The translations under genes were made by a program, and so were the position numbers. A stretch of DNA of 63,045 nucleotides, filler included, from Lenisia limosa (Eukaryota > Protista > Breviatea): assembly GCA_001655205.1 (NCBI GenBank). It is 10 parts of 10 records of this genome, joined end to end, with 100 filler letters (N's around TTAATTAATTAA, not from the genome) between each part and the next. Parts side by side here need not be neighbours in the genome. Positions count along the whole stretch, not along the records: positions 34,756 to 43,487 come from LPNZ01008135.1; positions 43,588 to 47,645 come from LPNZ01010167.1; 8 more parts are not named here. One strand, given 5' to 3'. The notes below the pieces were generated by a model. It was not told the origin of the DNA and ran no database searches. It worked only from the letters and a program-made list of their open reading frames with translations. Shown here in pieces: positions 37,510 through 47,745 of the stretch (positions are counted from its first letter, which is position 1; every line of letters begins with the position of its first letter).

Positions 37510-39910
37510 ATGCCGAGAAGGGAGGCGAAAATCCCTACAAGGGCAAAACCCCTGTACGACAATTGCCTGATTACGGACCCGAATGGAGAGTGGGGGTGGG
37601 GGTATTAGTGGTGCCAGGAGGTTCATATTCTTGCCAAGGTAGCTACAAAACCAGCCCGAAAACGGGTTTTAGAAAACGGGTTTTAGGCCGAACTTCTTTC
37701 GATTAACTTTTGGCCTGCTATCCGCCGGTGGGAGTGTGTACTATTGTGTGATGTTCATATCGACAATAAGTTGTAAAGGATCCCTCTTTGGATTGAACTG
37801 AAATGAGGGGATTGGTGCTAACTGGGCTGAAATGAGGGGATTGCTAACCGGGCTGAAATGAAGGGATTGCTGGGTGAGTGGGTGAGTGGGTCCTAATAAT
37901 GACTGATCAACAATATCGCTATTTTTGGACCATTTGCCGAATATCGATGTATTACTCTCACCAATCAGGCCACTATGTCGCGTGGGGCTTAAGAAAGTAC
38001 GCTGGTACTTAGGGAGAGACCTGGCAACTATTGTGAAGCCTGGAGATGCCTTGCCTTTTGGTGAGTGGTGATGATGTTTTCTCTGGTGGTGGTGATGCTT
38101 TATTATTTTTTGGTGGTGATGGTGTTTTATTTCTCATTTTTAAATGATAATTAGTTGTACTTATTGTTATGGTTCTGTAGGTGCAGGCGCTGTGATTCAG
38201 CTGAAATTTAAGCCTGGAGGTATTATGGGACGGAAGCTTCATATTCGCCTGAATTAAAAAATAATATTGTTGAAAAACAAGGAATTAAATAGTACGGTCA
38301 TATCTAGAGGCCATTCACAAAAAACTCATCCCCGCAGGGCCAGGCCATAGAGGCGACTCATGTTATATGGACGATAAAGAGAACATCTGCGTCATTTGTG
38401 GCAAAGAGGGAGTGGGCTGACCAATGGGCTAACTAGGCTTCTTTCTCCATTTAAGTTCTTATTTCATCAAGTAGACCCTTTTTTACACCTCACACAAAAG
38501 TCGTGTATCTGGCTATATTTGAGATATTATCAGTGAAATTTCTCACTCTGACTTCACCCCTGCAGTTTATAACAGAAGACCCAGATATACCGGAGGAACA
38601 AGAGGCAAAGCGCCAAAGGAAAAATGGTTGGCGGATTGTTGGGAAAATAGCTTTCTTGTGGGATACTCAGAGAAGTGATGAGGGATTGTTGTTGAATAAA
38701 GGGTAGAATTTGGCGGTCTTTTTGGAACTCTGTATTGAAATGGCTCAAAATGAAATGTCGTAGAATATAGTATAGATGTCACATCAAGTTCGCTCTCTTC
38801 CTTTCTAACTGCATTTTAGATGATAAAAATGAAGGCTGCAATGACTGTGGTAAGTACGGCAATCATGCTACCGAATTTAACCCATATCCACAAGTGATAT
38901 GAACAGGATCATTCGAGTCGAAATTATGAATGAAGAAGCACGAGGGTTCATCCAGAATGTATCAGAGTATCATTGAGAGGTTCACCAAAACAGGGATGTT
39001 GCGTATGTACGTAGTGCCCCATAGCTACCGAAAGAACCTTCCCCGTCAATGGACACATCACCGCTCCCTCGACTGTCTTCAGCTCTGCATGGCCTGCAAA
39101 CTCAAGAAGGTCGACCCCTATGTTGCGCAACTTCGTGAGGAGGTTTCAATTCTCAACTCCGTGGGGGGTATAGCAGAACTTGTCACGTATTAACTGAGTA
39201 GAAAAAAGGATTTACAAGGTTTTTGATCTTGACCCGCGAGGAGGTGAGCTGGATGAATTTTGGTTTTCATATTCAGTGACCGGGATAAGTCTTGAACTAT
39301 TTCTTGGGAAATCATAGAGCAAATCGGTCAAGACTTATCCTGGACTTATCCTGGCCACTGTAAATGTTGCTGTTTTATTGAATACACCTTTCAATGTGAC
39401 AAGTACATACTTGCCCCTTCTTTATAATTCACAGACATATAGCCTTATATTGGCGTATTAAGTATCAAATCAGAAACTACCAGTCACTCAAGTAGAAAAC
39501 TATGCCTTTCCCGATAAGGAAGTTGTAGCAGCCCTCCGAGCCTCCGCCGCCCTCATCCGGGCTTCCGAAAGAATGCCACGTGACAGGAAAGAGCTTTTGG
39601 AGAAGGTTGTGCGTGAGTTCTTAACCTCACATGAGCACACGGCTGAGCAGATTGATTGTTGGCTTTGGGGACTGTTTATTGTGCCTTTGTGACAGAAAGA
39701 AAATGAATTAAACAGAATATTTTAAAATATCTCAGAATTATGCTCTGTTCAGTTAATTTATTGCAACAGTTATTCATACTTCGTGGTCCAATGATTGGAA
39801 TAAATTCCTCACTGAGCAGCGATGACCTACCAAGAGCAGCATGACGTCATCAAAACGTTTCCCTCCAGTATAGAACCGCCAAACTTCAGGCCAGTGTCTG
39901 ACATCATATT
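37510..39910 (+). CDS. EXD2-like C-terminal (HNH-like) domain protein; ends uncertain
   Basis: Spliced KPLYDNCLITDPNG.PLCRVGLKKVRWYLGRDLA..IQLKFKPGGPGHRGDSCYMDDKENICVICGK..YVVPHSYRKNLPRQWTHHRSLDCLQLCMAC..ALRASAALIRASERMPRDRKELLEKVVREFL parallels the recalled EXD2 C-terminal half. Confidence 0.8.
39274..39360. mobile_element. Family D Tc1/mariner-type MITE in an intron of the EXD2-like gene
   Basis: CAGTGACCGGGATAAGTCTTGA...TCAAGACTTATCCTGGACTTATCCTGGCCACTG|TA. Confidence 0.8.
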
Positions 39911-39966
39911 TGATAAACTTGAAGGTTAGTGAATGTGGCCTTTCAAATAATACAGTGTTGCACCTT

Positions 39967-40050
39967 GGGCTTCACTTCGGTTCGAAAAACGGCAAAATAT
40001 CGATAATTTTCGAGAGAAATTCAGTCTTTTTTCGAACCAAAGTGAAGGCC
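39967..40050. mobile_element. MITE family A copy
   Basis: GGGCTTCACTTCGGTTCGAAAAA...TTTTTTCGAACCAAAGTGAAGGCC|TA. Confidence 0.85.
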
Positions 40051-40967
40051 TACTTGCACACACACAAGTGCTTCTCACCTAATCTGTTAAAATAGGGGTA
40101 TTCATCGAGGATTTCCTGGAATGCAGATACTTGAGAGCTTATGGATGCACATTTACACAGTTGTAGCCCCCGAGGAGTCCTTCTCAAAGTCGCCACTTAG
40201 AAGACAAGAAGAGGAGTTTGCATTGGTTGGCGGCTGTGCTTTATTTTGAGTGCCATACTGAACCGAGCGAGTAGGTTATCAGCGACAGTCAGTTATGGTG
40301 GAAATCATAGTTATCTGAAGTACTGGTGACTACATATTTGTCTACTTTCAAGATAGGATAGGTAAGTCTTCACGCTGGTACGAAATAGACCGATACAATA
40401 TCAATAGTTTTTAAGGATTTACAGAATCAGCAAGAACATTCTTTTTCCAGGCCGAAATGATAAGGGGAGCTTTTTCAGCAATACTTTGTTGGATAGGCAT
40501 AAGGGATGTTAGGTGGAAACAAAAATCTGGTGAAATCCTCCACAGTTATTACGATATTAGGGGATAGGTCCTCCACCGAGACTTACGGAATTCAGTCAAT
40601 TACCGAAAGAAGACGATCAAAACCTCTCAGTAGGATGGGGAGTTGGTATTCTGTGATGAGGATGAATATGTTTCCGTTCACCTCTCCTTATGAATAACGT
40701 AAATAAATTGTCTCATTTTACCCCTCTCCCGAGTATGAAGATGAACCACCACAGAGTTGATTTTGGGCTTTTTTTTTGTGTCATAAATTACAGTTTTACT
40801 CCTCCCCCCCCCCCCCNNNNNNNNNNNNNNNNNNNNNNNNNNNNNNNNNNNNNNNNNNNNNNNNNNNNNNNNNNNNNNNNNNNNACTCAACATTCGAATA
40901 CCTATTGAACCTTACGTGGGAGGTTCGATAACATCCTGCGTCCCAATGAATACTCTACCCCTCTAAC

Positions 40968-41223
40968 ACCCCCAGGTTGGGATGACGACGGCGTGCTTTG
41001 TCTGTATGTGGCGACAATGGTTCCTTTGTAGAACGCAGGTGGGTGGCATGGATAGAACGCAGGTGGATAAGGGGATGATCTGATCTGTTTCTTTATAATC
41101 AAAAATTGTATTAATCCCCTCCAGCCTCAGCATTTGTCCAAGGGATGGAGCCCTGACAGACACCTTCCTATGACGGAAGCTGAGATCGAAAAGAGAGCAA
41201 GAGAATACACTCAAAATCGCAAG
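40968..41223 (+). CDS. Two putative exons of an unidentified protein
   Basis: CCCCAG|VGMTTACFVCMWRQWFLCRTQ|GT ... CAG|HLSKGWSPDRHLPMTEAEIEKRAREYTQNRK|GTATG; phase 0 throughout; no family recognised. Confidence 0.35.
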
Positions 41224-42059
41224 GTATGTGCAATTCATTAAACCTGAATCTAAATTGATTGTTCCAAAGCTCCACCAACATTCACATACATAATTTACAA
41301 ATCCTTGATCAACCTCTAGGGCAAAACGTGAAGTTAGGCAGTTCATAAGGTCTACCTTCTTTATGGATTCGAATTTGTACTTTTTAATTTAAGTATCAAT
41401 AAATGTCGAAGCTGTTGCACCATTGGTTTTTTTGAGGGCCTTACAATATTGAAACAATATTTGCAAAATGTGGTGGGACATATCTTTAATATCATTTTGT
41501 CAAATAAGTTCCTCAAAAAATTATTAGCCTCCAAATTGCCTGATCTTACGAAGCTGACCAGTTCATGTGTGTAAATAGTTCCACTCTGTCTCGTACCATA
41601 GCCGATTTCAGATTTGGGTGGAGGAATGGAAGGTCTAACGCTTCTCTCAATTCTCGAGAAATGTGACCATAATCTTTATATCATATGATAAAGGGTTTGG
41701 CTGAAGCTGTCCACTCCATCACGCATTATAATCATTACAGTAGATTCACCTACTCATGGTTGGTGTGATACACTGCAATGAGAGCATTCGAGAACCATGT
41801 ATTAATGATTACCTAATAAGGCAACTACCAAACGCGGCAAGTGGTGTCTTCAGTAACGTAGTATTTGTCACCCTCCCTAAAATCGTAAGTTTTTTCCGAC
41901 AAAAACAAAAGTGATTCAAGGATCAAATCGTGGTTAGGCGCTGGGAGACATGTACCACCTCTCCCTCCAGCAAATGAATGATATAGTTATATACAACATA
42001 TCAAACATTATACAGTAAATATGATATTAATATACTACTATAATATGTGCACACCCCCC

Positions 42060-43341
42060 TTACTGGCATTCGAACGTCTGTGCGAACTTCTCGTGGTTAC
42101 GGGGGGCTGAATAGGCTCTGAAGCCATTGTTAGCGTGGACGTCACTCTTCAGCTGGAGGGGAGGTAAACTTAGAAAATTTATGAAACAAAAAAAGCCCAA
42201 ATCAACTCNNNNNNNNNNNNNNNNNNNNNNNNNNNNNNNNNNNNNNNNNNNNNNNNNNNNNNNNNNNNNNNNNNNNNNNNNNNNNNNNNNNNNNNNNNNN
42301 NNNNNNNNNNNNNNNNNNNNNNNNNNNNNNNNNNNNNNNNNNNNNNNNNNNNNNNNNNNNNNNNNNNNNNNNNNNNNNNNNNNNNNNNNNNNNNNNNNNN
42401 NNNNNNNNNNNNNNNNNNCTCCTGCTGCACCGCATCCTGTCACTTATCTTAGGGCAGTCGCTCCTGCTGCACCGCATCCCATCACTTATCTTAGGGCAGT
42501 CGTTCCTGCTGCACCGCATCCCACCACTTATCTTAGGGCAGTCGCTCCTGCTGCACCGCATCCNNNNNNNNNNNNNNNNNNNNNNNNNNNNNNNNNNNNN
42601 NNNNNNNNNNNNNNNNNNNNNNNNNNNNNNNNNNNNNNNNNNNNNNNNNNNNNNNNNNNNNNNNNNNNNNNNNNNNNNNNNNNAAAACACATGAGGGTGG
42701 AACATAACACTTACAACGCACAGTCATCACCATAACAAACTTGCAACGCACGGCCTACTCGCATCATCACTCAACATCATCACCATGATAAAGTAAGTTC
42801 CTCTTACATAGAGTTTGGTGCTGCTTTCAGAAGCAGTGAAGCACCAGGCCTGGCTCCATGCCATAAAAGGAAGGTGGTCGTTCGAAAGGTTGTAAGCTTC
42901 CTAATATGGTAAGTGCTACTATAGAAGTTTCCTATTATCCATCCACACACCTCAGTGGCGGCGTCCTCGACCTTCCAGTCAATTTCGGGGTGGGCCTTGC
43001 GGTAGATTTCGTATCCGATGATAGAGGCGCGGAGACCACCGTTGTCGGCCTAATATCGTTAACCAAGAAAATCATCGCCTTATTCTCTTATTCTATTTCA
43101 GGAAATAGGGAGGAGATAATGTAATGGGGGCAAACATTCAAATTATTGAGAATTCCGTCTCGTTTTACTATTTAGTTCCGTCTTTCAAAATCCGTATCAC
43201 ATAACCTGGCGATGTGCCAATGGAACTCTACTCGCGAGCGGACTTAGTCTCCCCTCCCCTCACGATATTCTCTCCAAGGGTCATTTTACCGTCTTGTTTG
43301 GCGGAAATCTGGAAGCTCTCCTTAGTACCTCCAGGGTAGAC
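42060..43341 (-). CDS. M13 (neprilysin/ECE-like) zinc metallopeptidase, C-terminal exons (5' part beyond the spacer)
   Basis: Spliced DGKMTLGENI|ADNGGLRAS (GENIAD zinc-ligand motif), HLPFMAWSQAWC, and LKSDVHANNGFRAYSAPRNHEKFAQTFEC. Confidence 0.88.
42419..42563 (+). repeat. Tandem array of a 42-bp unit (family C) in an M13 intron, flanked by gaps
   Basis: Unit CCTGCTGCACCGCATCC(T/C)(G/A)(T/C)CACTTATCTTAGGGCAGTCG(C/T)T, about 3.5 visible copies; related monomers near 26765, 27685, 29715, 53030(-), 53725(-) and 56570. Confidence 0.85.
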
Positions 43342-43966
43342 CTAAGCGTAAGAAATAAAGGCTAATTATACATAATGATGAGAGGTATAATAGAGTGGTG
43401 AATTGAATTGGTGGGAAGCCTTAAAAAAATCCTTACCAATAGGTGACAAATACCCCACCTTAATCGGGTAATTAGCCGCCTGGTCAANNNNNNNNNNNNN
43501 NNNNNNNNNNNNNNNNNNNNNNNNNNNNNNNTTAATTAATTAANNNNNNNNNNNNNNNNNNNNNNNNNNNNNNNNNNNNNNNNNNNNTGGCGTGGCAAAA
43601 TTTATACTATTATACTATGTTGTTTTTTTGTTTTGGGGGAGTCACGCCCTCAAACCTTGCACTCAACAGGAGGAATGGTGGCGACAGCTCCGACCACTAC
43701 AGTATTGCTGGAAATGTGGCAAAAAATTCCACGAGCATCGAATGCAACTGGGTCAGAAAGAGACCATTGAGTGGAGCCAGCTGTGGGATTAGAGAAAAGT
43801 AAGGGGAACTGTGAAGTGTTCTGTTATGCTGATGATGAAAGAGTGTTGCTGATGCTGATGATTAAGAGAAAAGAATAAGGGGAAGCAAATTTTATTTTGA
43901 GTATGTGATCATCATATCTTATTGTATCTTTTGCTAAGTGGATATGGAACAACATATCATATACCA

Positions 43967-46254
43967 ACATATTGTCATACAATTCGTGAACACCTGGGAG
44001 CAGCATTTCATATGATATGATCATATCTAAGGCTTCACTTCGGTTCGGGAAATTATTGATAGATTTCGAGAATTTAGCGAGACATTCAGTCTTTTTTTGA
44101 ACCGAAGTGAAGATCCATCAATACATAATGAGGGTGTATCTGGTCGAAGCCGTCCACACACCATCACGCTTATAAGAGATATTGGATAATAGCATCACAT
44201 TAATTCACCCAAACATTTGTTCAACAACTCTGCATACCATCATAAGTGATGCACTGGGCGTCACATCCAGAACAAACAAGGGACGGGTCCTCATCGAAAG
44301 ACAGATGAACTGAGCCTGTCAGAGCACTTTCGTTGAAGTTGCGAGTGAGAATCATCATTTTGGCGAGGTTTTTCTCGATTTGAGAAGACACGGATACGAA
44401 GGAAGAAGGTCCATTAAACGTGACCACCTACACAGATTAATCATGAATTTCGGAAAATGACAGGATTAGCATATTTAAGAGCAAGGAAAATATCATATGA
44501 TATACAATTCTTGGGAAACAAATCAATACGGGGCAAAGAGAGGTGAAACTATTGTGACGGAGGATGGTGGAGAAAATAGGTGTTCTTATATCAATTAGAA
44601 ATACGAAATAAAGGGTGTACCTGGCCGAAGCCTTTTGTAACAAAAACAAGACAAACAATTCAATTTTGGTTCCAAAAAAGACTGAATTCTCAATAAATCC
44701 TCGAAAATATCGATATTTTATGTCTTTTGGAACTGAAAGTGAAGCTCTAATAAAAAAACATGCCAGCTTACACTAAAGGACTTATCATCAGGCATGACAG
44801 AAGCCTCGTCAAGAGCAATATCCAGGCCATTTGAGGTGAAATTCAGACTTTTGAGAGGCACGACAAATAGGTCGGTGTTAGCAGTCAGCCAGATGTTCCA
44901 TTCGTTATCCGAAGAAACCATGACACTCTGGGAGTGTTACGAAATATTAATATAATTCAGCATGTAGTAGTAAAATATATGTTCCCGGACATAAACTGGG
45001 ACGGTTATGCAATATTGATATTTTCAATACTTGGTGGAGGGCTGGAGGAGCTAGTTTGGATTAATAAAGAAATGTAACGGTGAAATCTATGAAAAAATTG
45101 AACTGAATGATATTTTTGGGATAAGCAGATTGATTGTTCTTTCAAAATGGAATTACTCAGGTTGAAGGCACGCAAACCTGAACCGTTTCGATGAGATCAA
45201 AAGCGAGATCGCTAGATACGGTGGAGGAAGAGAGGAAAGCGAAGAGTCTATCAGCGATCTCTATCACATGCTAAGGGAGTGAATGATAGTGCCTGTACAT
45301 TTATGCAGAAAATTACGGATTCACTTCGGTTCGAAAAAGGACTGAATATCTCGAAAAATCCTCGAAAATTATTGATATTTTGACGGACTATTTCGAACCG
45401 TGGAAGCCCGGCATAAAATAGATTATCTATCATATGTTACGTATTACCAGGCTTCCCTTTGGTTAAATAAAAGACTGGTAAAATATCGATAGAAGCCGTA
45501 GTTCACTACCGCTACCTTGAAAAAGTAAAAAAACATTCAAATATCATTCCATTTACCTCTCCCAACACTACTGCGGCGCATCGGCTTGGGATACCCATGT
45601 ATTATTTGGTAATCCCATAAATTGCTTCGAATTACCATAAAATTTCATGGGATTTCCATGAAAATACGAGAATTCCAACGTTTTCACAAGACTCCCAAGT
45701 TGCGCCGTAGTGNNNNNNNNNNNNNNNNNNNNNNNNNNNNNNNNNNNNNNNNNNNNNNNNNNNNNNNNNNNNNNNNNNNNNNNNNNNNNNNNNNNNNNNN
45801 NNNNNNNNNNNNNNNNNNNNNNNNNNNNNNNNNNNNNNNNNNNNNNNNNNATATCGACGACGAGGGAGGGCAAAAGACTCGGAAAGTCCGCGGCTCATGA
45901 GAGAGACCACCTTCTGGAAATTGGCTTCATTGAGGCCTGGCATGGTTAAAACTAGGGGGGAAATTCGGTAGTTTTCGAGGATTTATCGAGAAATTCAGTC
46001 TTTTTTCGAATCGAAGTGAAGCCCNNNNNNNNNNNNNNNNNNNNNNNNNNNNNNNNNNNNNNNNNNNNNNNNNNNNNNNNNNNNNNNNNNNNNNNNNNNN
46101 NNNNNNNNNNNNNNNNNNNNNNNNNNNNNNNNNNNNNNNNNNNNNNNNNNNNNNNNNNNNNNNNNNNNNNNNNNNNNNNNNNNNNNNNNNNNNNNNNNNN
46201 NNNNNNNNNNNNNNNNNNGTCTGACGCATCTAAATAGCCCAGAAATTCAGCCAT
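43967..46254 (-). CDS. Multi-exon hypothetical protein (fragmentary), introns occupied by repeats
   Basis: Phase-compatible exons ...SSDLAFDLIETVQ|SVMVSSDNEWNIWLTANTDLF...DDKSFS|VVTFNGPSSF...VCSGCDAQCITYDG|VHELYDNML; linkage of the exons near 45850-46254 is uncertain. Confidence 0.5.
45317..45409. mobile_element. MITE family A copy (others in this scaffold at 44031-44116, 44658-44747, 45954-46024 and 47224-47315)
   Basis: Shared TTCACTTCGGTTCGAAAAA(G)GACTGAAT..CTCGA.AAATCCTCGAAAA.TATCGATA core with inverted end. Confidence 0.8.
45566..45712. mobile_element. CACTA-terminated non-autonomous element (family E)
   Basis: 5'-CACTACTGCGGCGCATCGGCTTGGGA...TCCCAAGTTGCGCCGTAGTG-3'; shorter copy at 46884-46971 and a partial one near 62700-62790. 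Confidence 0.7.
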
Positions 46255-46574
46255 GAGAGCCTAAACAATCAACGCCTATTTTTATATTTCTTTTATATTG
46301 CATGTTTCTTTTTTCATTTATTCTTCTTGTTATTGCACACAAATATTCTAACTTCCTTCTATGTGATACTGTGGTAGGTGACCCATATCTCGACTAAAAG
46401 CGATGTTAACCACACTTTTGCAGCTATATCGTTTTTTCCTCAGACTATTTCTTTTTTCTTTCCTTTTTATTTGTATATTTCTTTTTTCTTTTCTTTTTAC
46501 TGAATGTGTTATTATTATAAATACATTTATTGTTCTTTCAAAAAAAAAAAATTAGGGAGAAGGACTTTTTCCTA

Positions 46575-46685
46575 GGGCTCCGTGCAATTAATTGAAGACA
46601 TTAATTGACAAAATTAGAAACTAAAGTGTCGTTACCTATGTCCGACTTCAAATTTTGAAAATAATTTTTCAATTAATTGCACGGA
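46575..46685. mobile_element. Additional MITE-like hairpin with a GGGC-type left end
   Basis: TA|GGGC-TCCGTGCAATTAATTGAA ... TTCAATTAATTGCACGGA|TTA: perfect 18-bp inverted repeat. Confidence 0.6.
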
Positions 46686-47051
46686 TTATGAAGGGGGGGG
46701 GATGAAATAGGAGTTAGGTCAACTTATGAAACGAACAAAAAAACGATCCCAAAATCTGTTGCAATGCTAAAATTTTTTATGGGCGGAGAGAGCCAAGGAA
46801 TACTAAAATCTTTGGTGGGTGGGAGGGAGCCAAGGAAGCCACCATGAGTGTTTAAATTATAAGGAAGGGATAAGACTTTATCACACTACGGCGCATCGAC
46901 TTGAGAGTCTTGTGAAAACGTTGGAATTCCCAAATAATAACAAGGAATCCCAAGTCGATGCGCCATAGTTGTAGTTGTAACGAAGGAAATTTAGATGATT
47001 ATTGGGGTGAAAGTACCAGACCAATTGTTCCATTACCCCCCCCCCCCGCCA

Positions 47052-47195
47052 CCTGTGCCGTCTGCGAATCATCCGCATCCTGTAGATCATAGATCGTTTC
47101 ACGGACCAAGAGAGCCACTGATTCAAGACGATGTTGTCCGGGATACTGTGTTTGCTCAAGGAGACTCCGAACTCGATGAACGGTATTGGTTGAAG
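47052..47195 (-). CDS. Isolated putative exon of an unidentified gene
   Basis: TTTCCAG|VTVLASTNTVHRVRSLLEQTQYPGQHRLESVALLVRETIYDLQDADDSQTAQ|GTGGCGGGGG; flanked by family A and E elements. Confidence 0.4.
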
Positions 47196-47745
47196 CCAGT
47201 ACGGTCACCTGGAAATTGGTATACCCTTCACTTCGGTTTCAAAAAATAACTAAATGGAAGATAAATATCGATAAATACCGATATTTTGCCTGTTTTTGCT
47301 AACAGATTGAAGCCCTAATTATTCCGCAAAGGTAAGGCTTTACTCTGATGCAGAAAAATACTGCATTGATAAATCATCGATATATTTCGATAGTTTCCCA
47401 AACTTTTTCGCCTACGAAGTAGAAATGAGGAATAAAACAAGATTATTACAACTTATATGAAATCAATTTACCTAGATATGCCGAAGCCTTCTACTCCATC
47501 AATCACCCCTCTACCTTCTCAAAAGTCGATACCCTGTCGGTGGAGGTTGTAAAAGGCTGCAGTGAGGTTCCAACAAATTTGGCTGGAGAAGGGGCGTGAG
47601 TAAAATTGGGAAATTTATGAAACCAAAAACGGAATCTGTTGGCTGNNNNNNNNNNNNNNNNNNNNNNNNNNNNNNNNNNNNNNNNNNNNTTAATTAATTA
47701 ANNNNNNNNNNNNNNNNNNNNNNNNNNNNNNNNNNNNNNNNNNNN

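Noticed and set aside
42127-42735. ORF with APAAPHPVTYLRAV repeats
   Set aside because: Translation of the 42-bp intronic tandem repeat plus N runs, antisense to the M13 peptidase gene.
42898-42915. ATG|GTAAGT motif as a spliced-leader mini-exon gene
   Set aside because: Conservation is limited to 18 nt with no shared leader or Sm site, and the opposite strand is demonstrably coding at two of the three sites.
43665-43792. YCWKCGKKFHEH as a retroviral Gag zinc knuckle
   Set aside because: Final Cys of CX2CX4HX4C is missing and no pol or LTR sequence is nearby.
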